This document shows, piece after piece, positions 1 to 8,934 of a DNA stretch of 64,000 nucleotides. Both the position numbers and the translations under genes were made by a program. Source of the stretch: a virus (taxonomy: Duplodnaviria > Caudoviricetes); IMG/VR virus record IMGVR_UViG_3300005434_000009, positions 8,581 to 72,580 of that record. The stretch is one strand, 5' to 3'. The number at the start of each line of letters is the position of its first letter. Within the stretch, counting starts at the first letter, position 1. The notes beneath the pieces are model-generated. The model saw only the letters and a list, made by a program, of their open reading frames with translations, was not told the DNA's origin and searched no databases.

Positions 1-191
1 TAGGAGTCCCTGGGGACACTCAAACCCGACCCGACCGGTTCAGCCAGGCCCATCATTTCCAGCGACTCCCGCAGCTCATCCTTCGGGATATTTCGCCGCT
101 CCATCATGTTCACAAGACGGATACGCACCAACCGGGCCTGCTCCGCATCACAACCGACTGGGGTGAGGCGAGAACCACCGCCGAAATCCAT
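1..191 (-). CDS. Hypothetical protein, runs to window edge (MDFGGGSRLTP...)
   Basis: ATG overlaps the TGA of the endonuclease VII gene (TGATG); frame open for 63 codons to the edge. Confidence 0.5.
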   Translation of the reverse strand, partial: MDFGGGSRLTPVGCDAEQARLVRIRLVNMMERRNIPKDELRESLEMMGLAEPVGSGLSVPRDS

Positions 192-637
192 CAGGCCACC
201 TCTGATTCGTTCGCTCGGGCCGCGCGCATTCGGCGCAGCGGGGGATCAGCTAAATACGACAGGCCGTCCTCGAGGTCGCCGACGAACCTTCCGAGGAGCA
301 GGAAATTGTGCGGGGCGCACAAGATCCCCCTCGGCTCCCCCGTGACGTGGTCGTGATCCACCGCCAACTTCCGGGCCCTCCCATTCGCCGTACACGACGG
401 GATCGCGCACGTCCCACCCTGAAACGCCAACAACTCCTCGTACTCCCCCGGGTCCAACCCGTAGGTCTTCACCACCCGGGAGTCATGACGGGCCTGCTTC
501 TGCGCCTTCACATGGGCCCGCCAATGGGTGTTGCAGCGACGCGAACGAGGACCACCATGGACAGCTGGGCGGGGCTTCTGCGGGCGGTCATCCACCGGGA
601 GAGCAGCACAATCGACGCAGGCGTGTTGTGAACTCAC
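191..637 (-). CDS. Recombination endonuclease VII family protein
   Basis: YGL..GEYEELLAFQGGTCAI...LAVDHDHVTGEPRGILC..HN..LG is the T4 endo VII pattern. Confidence 0.85.
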   Translation of the reverse strand: MSSQHACVDCAALPVDDRPQKPRPAVHGGPRSRRCNTHWRAHVKAQKQARHDSRVVKTYGLDPGEYEELLAFQGGTCAIPSCTANGRARKLAVDHDHVTGEPRGILCAPHNFLLLGRFVGDLEDGLSYLADPPLRRMRAARANESEVA

Positions 638-1926
638 GGGATCGCATCCTCGATGTCGAATAACGGATCGACCTCAGGTAGCTCCATGACCTGCGCGGTG
701 TGAGTCACCGCCTGCTCCAGCGCCGCGCGTTCCTTGCGGGCGGACTGGATGGCCCGGAACTGAAGCCAGGCCTCCGACTTAGGCTGCGCCTGGCCGAGCC
801 CCTTGCACCACCAGTCGTTCCGCAGGATGCATTTCGCTAGGCGCCGCCATGACGGAACCCACTGCTTGGCCTCCAACACCATCGGAGCCTCATCGGGGAT
901 CTCCGCGTAACCCCGCCCGATCCAGCCCTTCAGGAACGACTGAAACCGGCGGATGTAGTGCTCGCGGGTCTTCTTCGGCAGCGACGCCAACAGCAGGTTG
1001 GTGTAGGACTTCCAGGTGTGACCGGCAGGTAGGTCAACGTGGCCGTAGCCGGCGACGTTGCCGCGTTCCTGCACGTACAGGGCGCCGGTGTTGGCGCCGT
1101 TGACCCGGGCCACCAGTTTGAACCAGGTGTCCGGCTCGAGCAGGTGGTACAGCCACAACCCCTGCCGTTGGTCGTCGCCGTAGGGCTGGCACAGGCGTTG
1201 CTTAGACAACGGGACGCCGGCTTTGTGCATGAGGTCGTAGATGATGTTGTGCGGGTAGTCCGGGAAGCGGGCGTGGAACCGCCAAATGTCCTCGGTCTGC
1301 CAGTCGTAAATCGGGTACACGTTGTACAGCTCGCGGCCGATCCCGGTGGTGAACCGGCGTCCCTTCCACATGGGTTTGCGGTCCCACTTCACGATCGTCC
1401 CCAACCGGTGCAGGGACTCATCCGCCCGAATGCCGATCATGGCGGCGGTGCGTTGGCCTTCGGAGTACCGGTAGCCCCACTCGACCATGAACTCCTCGAA
1501 CTCCATCCGAGGGATGAACCAGTCATAGCCGGGATGGGCATCGGCGGGGAGTTCGCGCACCCACTTATCCCGCTGGTCGGGGTCCCAGCAGGTCCACTGC
1601 GGTTCGAAGTTCGTGACCGCGTTCCGCAGGTTCAGCGGCAGGCACACCCAGTGCAGGTCGATGTGCTCCCGGTACATGTCCACACAGGTCTGGATGTGGT
1701 CGATGGTGGCCCGGTACTGGGCTTCCATGTCGATGATCAGCACCCCGACCTGGCGGCCGCGCCGGATCGCCTCCTCCATGGCCAGGTGCAGCATGACCGT
1801 GGAGTCCTTGCCGCCGGAGAAGCTGATGTACACCTTCTCGAACTCGTCGAACGTCCAGGCGATCCGCTCCCGGGCCGCCTGAAGGACCGTCTTGTTCGGG
1901 TTGTACTTCTTCCGCAAGTCAGTCAT
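634..1926 (-). CDS. PAPS-reductase-like PP-loop protein (IbrA/YbdN, DUF3440 type)
   Basis: ISFSGGKDS PP-loop, IGIRADES, YPIYDWQTEDIW, RLCQPYG, and C-terminal RRLAKCILRNDWWCKGL. Confidence 0.88.
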   Translation of the reverse strand: MTDLRKKYNPNKTVLQAARERIAWTFDEFEKVYISFSGGKDSTVMLHLAMEEAIRRGRQVGVLIIDMEAQYRATIDHIQTCVDMYREHIDLHWVCLPLNLRNAVTNFEPQWTCWDPDQRDKWVRELPADAHPGYDWFIPRMEFEEFMVEWGYRYSEGQRTAAMIGIRADESLHRLGTIVKWDRKPMWKGRRFTTGIGRELYNVYPIYDWQTEDIWRFHARFPDYPHNIIYDLMHKAGVPLSKQRLCQPYGDDQRQGLWLYHLLEPDTWFKLVARVNGANTGALYVQERGNVAGYGHVDLPAGHTWKSYTNLLLASLPKKTREHYIRRFQSFLKGWIGRGYAEIPDEAPMVLEAKQWVPSWRRLAKCILRNDWWCKGLGQAQPKSEAWLQFRAIQSARKERAALEQAVTHTAQVMELPEVDPLFDIEDAIP

Positions 1927-3110
1927 CAGTACAACTCCGGCTGGGTCTTACGCTCCGCGTCCTTCAACGTCGCCAACGTCGGACGGCCCACCGATGCCAG
2001 CCACTTGTTCAGGTGCTCGAACGCGGCCTGGTTCGCCCGCTCCTGCTCCTCCTTGCTCATGAGGGAGAAGCCGTTGCAGAACGCCGCCGGCACACCGGAG
2101 TCCCAACACATCGCCGCCTGCCCCAACCAGGCGATCCTGTTCATGCGCTCGTTGGACAGGTTGTGCTCGGTGGAGTTCGGCCAGTCCTTGAACACCCCGT
2201 CCATGGCGATCTGGAATCGGGGGATGTCACGGAGGAAGTCCGCGTACATGGCCTTCATCCGATCCGCCGTCAACGTCCGGTTCGGTGGAGTTGAGTCGAA
2301 GAACCCGGCGGCGAACGCCTCCCACTTGTCCCAGGTGTGATAGATGCGCCCCGACTGACCGTCCGGCACCTCCACCTGCGGGATCTCCGCCTCCATGCCC
2401 TCGAAATCGTCGTCAGGGTCGGCGACGTCCCAAGACGCGGAGAACTCATCGTCGGAGAACAGTTCCGCGATGCCGGACATCTGGCACAGCCGCAACACCT
2501 CGTCGGCTTCCATGCCGAGTTCCCGGGCGATCCGCTCATCCGGCCAGTTGCGGGACTTCAGCTCCACCACAATGTCGGACATGGCGTCCACCCGGTGCTT
2601 ACCCCGGGCCCGGTTGTGGCGGATCGTGGAAGCGATGCGGTCGTTGCGTCCCTGCTGCTCAGATCGGATACGGACCGCTGGGAGGTAGCCGTGGACCCGC
2701 TGGGCCACGTCGGGCATTTCCGTGCCGACCCGGTGGCGGTGGAAGCCGTCGATGACCACTCGACCGTCGTCGTCGGGCATGGTCACGATCGGTTGGGTGT
2801 AGCCGTCGTTCATGATGGAGATCCGGAGCAACTCCAGCTCAGGAGGGGCTACGACGTTCGGGTTGTAATCGTTCGCCCTGATGTCGCCGTTCGGGATCCA
2901 CTCGACCAAATCCACGGGCTCCGTCTGAAACGGAGAGTGCTCAGCCAACACCGCGCGGAGCTCGTTGAGCAGCTGCACCCGCTGCGGCATTTCCAACCCG
3001 CGAAACCAGAGCTTGGCCAGTGCGCGCAGATCCGCAACCGCCCGACTGGGGATGGTGGGAGGCGGAGCTGAGTCAGTTGCGGCCACTAGCTTGAGCTGTT
3101 CGGGGGTCAC
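1926..3110 (-). CDS. ParB/Srx-like protein (IbrB/YbdM type) with an extra C-terminal domain
   Basis: ANDYNPNVVAPPE..LL..SI..DGYTQPIV...IDGFHR...STIRHNRARGKH; start set at the GTG overlapping the stop at 3107. Confidence 0.85.
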   Translation of the reverse strand: MTPEQLKLVAATDSAPPPTIPSRAVADLRALAKLWFRGLEMPQRVQLLNELRAVLAEHSPFQTEPVDLVEWIPNGDIRANDYNPNVVAPPELELLRISIMNDGYTQPIVTMPDDDGRVVIDGFHRHRVGTEMPDVAQRVHGYLPAVRIRSEQQGRNDRIASTIRHNRARGKHRVDAMSDIVVELKSRNWPDERIARELGMEADEVLRLCQMSGIAELFSDDEFSASWDVADPDDDFEGMEAEIPQVEVPDGQSGRIYHTWDKWEAFAAGFFDSTPPNRTLTADRMKAMYADFLRDIPRFQIAMDGVFKDWPNSTEHNLSNERMNRIAWLGQAAMCWDSGVPAAFCNGFSLMSKEEQERANQAAFEHLNKWLASVGRPTLATLKDAERKTQPELY

Positions 3111-3304
3111 CGGTGCCACCCCGCCGGCATCCTCGGAACCGCGTACTTCAGCAACCGCCGTGCGGCTTCCGACCAGCTCAGGCCGTCCCGGTCCGCTACC
3201 AGCCCGATCTCCTCCGCGATCACATCCTCCAACCGGAGGGAGTGGGTCGTGCGTGGAGGCTCCTTCTTCGTGTTCGTCATGCTCACATCGTATTGCATCG
3301 TCAT
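3107..3304 (-). CDS. Small ribbon-helix-helix-like DNA-binding protein
   Basis: THSLRLEDVIAEEIGLVADRDGLSWSEAARRLLKYA (beta-alpha-alpha pattern); stop coupled to the ParB start. Confidence 0.55.
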   Translation of the reverse strand: MTMQYDVSMTNTKKEPPRTTHSLRLEDVIAEEIGLVADRDGLSWSEAARRLLKYAVPRMPAGWHR

Positions 3305-3343
3305 GCGTTGTAGCGGGCCAGGGAAGCGCCATCAGGTCGCCGG

Positions 3344-3595
3344 TCACGCCGCACCGTCTTTCTGTTCGTCGTCCTGGACAGCGGTCGGATGGGCGGCCTT
3401 CACATGCCGCTGACCAGCCACAAGCGCCGCGATCTTCGACTCATGCACCGCCTTCCACCCACACCCGCAGCGAGCCACATGGCCGTAGAAAGTGGCAGCC
3501 GTCATCACCTGGTTAATCTCGCTCGGTCCGGGGCTCACGCCTCCTCCCCCTGGGAGGCGAACCTTCAACGCCCTAGCCCTCGTCGGGTCGGTCAT
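3344..3595 (-). CDS. Hypothetical protein with CxCGW...H zinc-finger-like motif
   Basis: ARCGCGW...SK..A.....RH; coupled to neighbouring genes. Confidence 0.55.
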   Translation of the reverse strand: MTDPTRARALKVRLPGGGGVSPGPSEINQVMTAATFYGHVARCGCGWKAVHESKIAALVAGQRHVKAAHPTAVQDDEQKDGAA

Positions 3596-4299
3596 GCCGC
3601 TCCCTCACCGGTCGAAGTGCGCTCCTCTAGATTCGCAAGCTCGCCCTGCCCTGGGATGGTGCGCAACGCCGTGAACGCGGTGACGGCCTTGGCCATCTCC
3701 AACACCACGTGCTCGGGTGTATCGCAGGCTTCCTTCCCGGTGAATCGGGCGATCCGCCAGCCCTCAAGCTCGAGTGCCCTGTGCCGTTTGCGGTCGTTCT
3801 CGAACGTCTTCTTGTCCGAGTGGTAGGCGTAGCCGTCGATCTCGAACGCGATCCGCTTGTCCGGCAGGGCGAAGTCCAGGCGGTACTTGAACAGGTCGTG
3901 CTGGGCGACCAGGCCTTCCAGCTCCGGCAGGTTCATCTGGGTGTGCGCTTCCCAGACGCGAAGCTCAGCCTCGGAGTCGAGCCGCACGGGAACCGGCGGG
4001 TCGATCTCCTGGGACTCCACCAGCGTCACGCCCTTGTGCTGGGTGAAGACGATGGCGAACTTTCCGCCGCACATCTCGCACCACCCGTGGAGCGCGATCC
4101 GATGCCGGTGGCCGGTGCATACCCGATTCCCTATCGGGACCACTTCGGATCCGATCTGGCCGGCCTTGGTGACCGAGATGTGGGTGATCTCGCCGTCCTC
4201 CCGAATGCGAGCAGCTACCCGTGCCTCGTCGACGTGGACGTACACGTCGCCGCAGAGCGGGCAGCAAAGCTGTTCGGCCCTGTCCGTGTAGACGCTCAT
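3592..4299 (-). CDS. Zn-ribbon + DUF559/Vsr-like PD-(D/E)xK nuclease
   Basis: YRLDFALPDKRIAFEIDGYAYHS...DRKRHRALELEGWRIARFT; start at the ATG overlapping the primase stop. Confidence 0.8.
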   Translation of the reverse strand: MSVYTDRAEQLCCPLCGDVYVHVDEARVAARIREDGEITHISVTKAGQIGSEVVPIGNRVCTGHRHRIALHGWCEMCGGKFAIVFTQHKGVTLVESQEIDPPVPVRLDSEAELRVWEAHTQMNLPELEGLVAQHDLFKYRLDFALPDKRIAFEIDGYAYHSDKKTFENDRKRHRALELEGWRIARFTGKEACDTPEHVVLEMAKAVTAFTALRTIPGQGELANLEERTSTGEGAA

Positions 4300-5882
4300 G
4301 CGCGCTCCTTGAAGTCTTCGTCGACCAGCCACGGCCAGTCGTTGGGGTCCTCGCTCCACTTCAGGGCCCGTGGCCAGTGGCGTTCGTCGCGGTTGCCACG
4401 CCACGGCTGCACCACGACGTTCTTGCAGGGGTAGTCGTCGGTGGCCGGCCGGATCCCCATGCCCATCTCGGGCCACCGCATCAGCAGGCTCGACCCGAAC
4501 GGGCGGAGCGTGCGGACACCGTTGGAGGCGTGTGGGGCGTGGTGCTCAACGATCAGTGCGCAATCGGCGTGCACCCGGGCGGCATCCAGCGCGGCAACGA
4601 CTCGGCGGGCGCCCTTCTCCTCTTCGGAGTCGGCGGCGTGGAGGCGGTAGAACGGCCCACACACCAGAAGGTCCGGTTTGTGCGCCACCACCCGCTCCAT
4701 CAGCCAGGCGGTGTCGTCCGGGCGGGACAGGTCGATCCCCGTGGGCCGGTGGATGACGAACATCCCCCCATCCGGCACCCGGTGGTTCTTCAGCCGGGCC
4801 ACCCGCTCCAGTCCGCGGAAGTGCTTGCGGCCCTGCCGTTCGGAGTTCTCGCAGTCGATGTACAGCACCTTCTGGCGTGGGATCGACTCCGACCGGAACG
4901 GGTGGATACCGGCGGCCGCCGCGACGGCGATCTGCCGGACCGTGAGCGACTTACCCAGTCCCTCGGTTCCGGTCCAGATCAGGCGATCCCCACGCTCGAG
5001 CAGCCCAGGTACGACCCAGGTGGTGGGCGGGTCCACTTCGGACAGGAACTCGTGGAGGTCCGGGGCGAGGAACACCACCGGGGCGACCTCGGTCGTCCAC
5101 GTGACCAGCAGGTCGTCGAGCGTGCCGCCGGCCGCCAGGTGGTCGGAGATGTCCTTGCCGCCCGTTGGTTCGACGATCGTCACCGAACCGGCGACCTCAG
5201 CGAGGGAGTCCGCTATCGCGCGGGCGTGGGCCTGGCCGGGCCTGTCGCAGTCGGCGACGATCCGGACGTGGGCGTCCACGAAATGGTCGGTGTACTCGTC
5301 GAGCCACTTTCCCGGCCCGGCGCCGCCGGAGTTGCAGGTGGCGGTGATCCCGTGGCGGGCGAGGGTTTCGACGTCCTTCTCACCTTCGACGACCCACACC
5401 GTCTGCCCTGCTTCGAGCGCGGCGATGAGCTCAGGGAGCCGGTAGAGCACCTTTCGGGTGTCGCCGAGTTTCCAACGCCAGCCAGACTTGGCGATCGGGT
5501 CCGGTACCCGCTGGCGGAAAGTCTTCGATCCGCCGGGCTGCGGGACGCGCAGCACCTGGAACAGGAGCTTCCCGCTCTCGTCGCGGTAGTCGTAGACGTG
5601 GCTTGCCGGGCCGGCCGGGGTCCACTCCTCGTCGTTCTCCCGTCGCTCCTCCGGAGGTAGCGAGATGTCGGCCCACGTGAGTTCCAGGGCGGCGAGGATG
5701 TCCTCGGTCTGACATCCGGCGTGGCAGTTCAGGACGACCGGCTGCGTGGTCCCCGGGGTGATCGACAGGCTCGGGTTGTGATCCTCATGGGCCGGGCAGC
5801 GGGACTGGAATCCGCCGGCGACGCTGCGGACGCCCACCAGTCGTGGGAGCAGCGTGTCGTGCAGGACATCTGCGACCGTCAT
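4296..5882 (-). CDS. Bifunctional DNA primase/helicase (Zn finger + TOPRIM + RecA/AAA_25)
   Basis: RCPAHEDHNPSL...CHAGC; VVEGEKDV..L...DCD; Walker A GTEGLGKS. Confidence 0.9.
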   Translation of the reverse strand: MTVADVLHDTLLPRLVGVRSVAGGFQSRCPAHEDHNPSLSITPGTTQPVVLNCHAGCQTEDILAALELTWADISLPPEERRENDEEWTPAGPASHVYDYRDESGKLLFQVLRVPQPGGSKTFRQRVPDPIAKSGWRWKLGDTRKVLYRLPELIAALEAGQTVWVVEGEKDVETLARHGITATCNSGGAGPGKWLDEYTDHFVDAHVRIVADCDRPGQAHARAIADSLAEVAGSVTIVEPTGGKDISDHLAAGGTLDDLLVTWTTEVAPVVFLAPDLHEFLSEVDPPTTWVVPGLLERGDRLIWTGTEGLGKSLTVRQIAVAAAAGIHPFRSESIPRQKVLYIDCENSERQGRKHFRGLERVARLKNHRVPDGGMFVIHRPTGIDLSRPDDTAWLMERVVAHKPDLLVCGPFYRLHAADSEEEKGARRVVAALDAARVHADCALIVEHHAPHASNGVRTLRPFGSSLLMRWPEMGMGIRPATDDYPCKNVVVQPWRGNRDERHWPRALKWSEDPNDWPWLVDEDFKERA

Positions 5883-6925
5883 GACGAGTACCTCGTCACG
5901 TCGGCCCACGGAGACCGGTTCGGGTTGATCGCGTCGTTGTTGGCCTTCGCGCGGTCGGCGTTCGCGCGCCACTCCTCCCGGGCCCGTAGGGCGAGCTTGT
6001 CGTACTTCTCCCGGAACGTGGGGATCGAGTGGATGTTGGCCATCCAGAACGCGTCCTGCTGACACCAGTCGATCAGGTTCAGCGCCTTCGAGAGCTCGCG
6101 CTTGTCCCGGTCGAGCATCAGCCGCGCCTGCCGCCGCCATTCCTTCGTGATGGTCGGAGCCTTGACACCGTTCTGGATCATCCACTCGCGCAACCGGTCG
6201 CAGAGCGCGTCCACGTCGTCCCGCCGAGCTTCATCGTCCGAGCATTCGTCCGGCTTCGGCGCAGCCGAATCGGACCGAGAAGAATCAACTGCAGAAGCTG
6301 AAGAACTCCCCCTAACCTTCCCCCGTTCCTTACCCGGGGGTTCGGCGAAGTCTTCCGCGAAGGGTTCATTGGAAGGGTTTCCGGAAGGGTTCGGCGAACC
6401 CTCTTCGGGCTGGTTATTTAGGACCCTTGGAGGTGGTTGAGGTGCGCCCTCCGGATCGAGTTCATCCGCACATGCATGCGGGTCTGGGTAGACCATGACC
6501 CGGTTGGTTCCGACCGACTTCGCTGGCGGTGCCGGTGGGAGCTTGCGAAGCTCGACGGCGAGGGTCTTGCGAATGATCGGAGACCGAGCCAGGCGGGCAT
6601 GAGCCAACGCCTGCTTCAGGACGTTCGGCTGGTCGGCGATACCGTCGTTGCGGATGAACGACCGCACCAGAACCTCACGGCGCCGCTCGCCGACCACAAC
6701 GAACCGGGCTTCGACCAGCTCATCCAGCGCGTCTTCCAGCTCACTGAGGCCTAGTCCCAGATCCTCCGCCCACTCTTCGTCGCACACTGGCATCACCCCG
6801 GCGGCATTCAGGTAGGCGTCCTGAAGCAGGAAGACGTACAGCAACTTCGCGTGCGGGGTCAGCGCCCGCATTTCCGGGTCACCACTCAGGGCGCCCACTT
6901 TTAGCCTTGCGTGTGCACGGGCCAT
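5879..6925 (-). CDS. Phage replication initiator / replisome organiser
   Basis: N-terminal wHTH-like AKLLYVFLL...LDELVEARFV, low-complexity linker, C-terminal DAFWMANIHSIPTFREKYDKL; directly upstream of primase-helicase. Confidence 0.75.
   Translation of the reverse strand: MARAHARLKVGALSGDPEMRALTPHAKLLYVFLLQDAYLNAAGVMPVCDEEWAEDLGLGLSELEDALDELVEARFVVVGERRREVLVRSFIRNDGIADQPNVLKQALAHARLARSPIIRKTLAVELRKLPPAPPAKSVGTNRVMVYPDPHACADELDPEGAPQPPPRVLNNQPEEGSPNPSGNPSNEPFAEDFAEPPGKERGKVRGSSSASAVDSSRSDSAAPKPDECSDDEARRDDVDALCDRLREWMIQNGVKAPTITKEWRRQARLMLDRDKRELSKALNLIDWCQQDAFWMANIHSIPTFREKYDKLALRAREEWRANADRAKANNDAINPNRSPWADVTRYSS
6337..6406. repeat. Putative replication-origin iterons inside the initiator gene
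   Basis: GAAGGGTT at 6359, 6372 and 6384; GGGTTCGGCGAA twice (about 6338 and 6387); an inverted partial copy near 6398-6406. Confidence 0.5.
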
Positions 6926-7012
6926 CAGCTGGCTGCCGTTCCTGGTCGCTCATGCGTTGAGCGGGGAGCCCGCATGGTCGACCTCCTCTCGGTCACGTCG
7001 GGGGCACTGGGG

Positions 7013-7438
7013 TCAGAACGGGGCGTCTTGACTGGCCCACGGGTCGCCTGCGGGTGCGTGCTGCGTGGAGCGGTCGCTGCCGCGCTCGACCTTGTTGACC
7101 TTCGCGGTAGCGAATCGGAGCTCCGGGCCGATGGAATCGACCTGGAGTTCCATGTCAGTGCGCTTCTCCCCGCTCTTCGTCTCGTAGGAGCGCGTGGAGA
7201 GCCGGCCGGAAGCGATGACCCTCGTGCCCTTGGTGACGGACTCAGCGACGGACTCAGCGAGTTGGCGCCAGCAGGCCAGCCGGAACCACATGGTCTCGCC
7301 GTCTTTCCAGTCCTGACCGTCCTTCACGCGGGGAGTGACAGCGACGGTCAGGTTCGCCACGGCGACACCGCTGGGCAGGAACCGCAGCTCGGGCTCGCTC
7401 ACGCAGTTGCCGACGATCGTGACAGTGGGCTCGTTCAT
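7013..7438 (-). CDS. ssb: Single-stranded DNA-binding protein
   Basis: TIVGNCVSEPELRFLPSGVAVANLTVAVTPR...acidic C-terminus DPWASQDAPF. Confidence 0.95.
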   Translation of the reverse strand: MNEPTVTIVGNCVSEPELRFLPSGVAVANLTVAVTPRVKDGQDWKDGETMWFRLACWRQLAESVAESVTKGTRVIASGRLSTRSYETKSGEKRTDMELQVDSIGPELRFATAKVNKVERGSDRSTQHAPAGDPWASQDAPF

Positions 7439-7893
7439 GCGACGCCTTCTTCCTCGGGTACTTCGGTGATCGATCCATCGGTGTTCAAGAAGCAGTAGCC
7501 GTGACCACTGAGCCAGACCGGGACATCAGCTGGGTTGCGGGTGGAGGGCACCGCCCATCCCTGCTCGCGGGCGGCTTGGGGGTTCACGGTGATGTGGTGG
7601 TGGTGGGCACGGCACAGGTGCAGGAGGTTCTCGATGGCCCAGAGGCCTCCCTGGCTGCGGTTGCGGCGGTGGTGGGCGTCCGTGGCCAGGCAGCCGATTC
7701 CGATCTCGCAGCGGCCGCCTGAGCGGTGCGCGAGCAGCTTCCGCGCGGAGCGTTCCTCAGGGGTCACGGTCGGGCGCGTGGGCTTGATCGCCGTCTTGGG
7801 GATGAACGCGCCTCGCTTCAGGAAGCCGCCGGGCTTCAGGGGTGTCTTGGCCACCAGGCGGGTCTTCCGGGCCAGCCCGTTGCCGCGCTTCAT
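7435..7893 (-). CDS. HNH endonuclease (actinophage type)
   Basis: RCE..C..TDAHHRRNRSQGG.W..ENLLHLCRAHH. Confidence 0.75.
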   Translation of the reverse strand: MKRGNGLARKTRLVAKTPLKPGGFLKRGAFIPKTAIKPTRPTVTPEERSARKLLAHRSGGRCEIGIGCLATDAHHRRNRSQGGLWAIENLLHLCRAHHHHITVNPQAAREQGWAVPSTRNPADVPVWLSGHGYCFLNTDGSITEVPEEEGVA

Positions 7894-8246
7894 GCCGCGT
7901 CCAGGTTCGACAGGTTCAGCTCAGACCGGATGGCCACACCCATGGAGCGGCCGACGTCGATGCGGATCTTCACGGTGTCGATCTGCCGGCGCAGACCGCG
8001 CACCAGGGCCTCGGCTGCTTCGGCGGCGATGCGTTGGGCGTGGGTGTCGACGATGGACTGGTGTTTGCGGATGTCCATCGGGCCCTCGGCCATCAGGAAC
8101 GCCTTGGACAGGGCGAGGGTGTAGTCCTCCCGCTTGTTCACCGCCTCCCGTTCCTGGACGGCGAGGGCGTCGACCAGGCGGGACAGGTCCCGGGCCAACC
8201 CGGCGAGGTGGGTAGCGACGTCGTTGGCGGTGAGCATCTTCGTCAC
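7890..8246 (-). CDS. Hypothetical coiled-coil protein of the recombination module
   Basis: Helical heptad-rich sequence; GTG start overlaps the upstream stop. Confidence 0.6.
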   Translation of the reverse strand: MTKMLTANDVATHLAGLARDLSRLVDALAVQEREAVNKREDYTLALSKAFLMAEGPMDIRKHQSIVDTHAQRIAAEAAEALVRGLRRQIDTVKIRIDVGRSMGVAIRSELNLSNLDAA

Positions 8247-8794
8247 TTCGCCACCGCCTTGAGCTGTTCGGCGGGAATGGAGAACAGGCTCTCCCGGAAC
8301 TTCTCGATCACAGCCGCGTTGGTGGTCTCCTTGAGCTCCACCCCTTGCTCGCCGGCGAACAGATCGGCGACGATGGTGAGGTCCCACCCGTTCTCTGAGC
8401 AGGACTGGCGCAGCTTCGCCTTCGCCACGTCGGCCTCACTGAGCGGCTTCTCCTGGGCGGCTCGCTGACGGTTGGCCTTGTCCATCTCCTCGCGGGATGG
8501 GCGGGCACCCTTCGGGGCGAACCCGAGTCGGGCCAGGGCTCGTCCTTCGGCGGAGGTTTCGCAGTTCTCCAGGGCGCTGGTCTGGTTCACTCCACGGCCG
8601 GTGACGATCTCCTCGGCGTGGCCGGTGGCGGCTGGTACGGAGTCGTCGGCGCTGCGGAAGATCTCGCAGCGGCAGATGTAGCGGGTGCCGTCCTGGAACA
8701 GGATGTCGGTGTGGATCCGGCCCTCGGGGTACTTCGCCCAGAACTGGGCGTTGCGTTCCTCTACGGGCTGGTAGTCGGCGAGGTTGAAGCCCAT
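8243..8794 (-). CDS. Putative single-strand annealing protein (Rad52/Sak-like)
   Basis: FWAKYPEGRI...ATGHAEE...VNQTSALENCETSAEGRALARLG; located next to ssb. Confidence 0.65.
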   Translation of the reverse strand: MGFNLADYQPVEERNAQFWAKYPEGRIHTDILFQDGTRYICRCEIFRSADDSVPAATGHAEEIVTGRGVNQTSALENCETSAEGRALARLGFAPKGARPSREEMDKANRQRAAQEKPLSEADVAKAKLRQSCSENGWDLTIVADLFAGEQGVELKETTNAAVIEKFRESLFSIPAEQLKAVAK

Positions 8795-8934
8795 CACGCG
8801 CTCCGTTCCTGCTCGGGATGGATGCGGTCCTTGTCGTCGTCCCGCCAGGGCAGCGAGATCAGCGGAACCAGGACGGTTTCGGAGACGATGGGGATGGACT
8901 GGATGAGGACGAGGTTGCGTCCGTCGCCGCTCAT
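8794..8934 (-). CDS. Small hypothetical protein (46 aa)
   Basis: Fills the gap with coupled start and stop codons on both sides. Confidence 0.5.
   Translation of the reverse strand: MSGDGRNLVLIQSIPIVSETVLVPLISLPWRDDDKDRIHPEQERSA

Noticed and set aside
1039-2340. Long + strand ORFs opposite real genes (e.g. 1039-2340, 4221-5660, 23528-25216 on -, 34982-36484)
   Set aside because: Antisense shadow ORFs typical of high-GC codon bias; no RBS and no motifs
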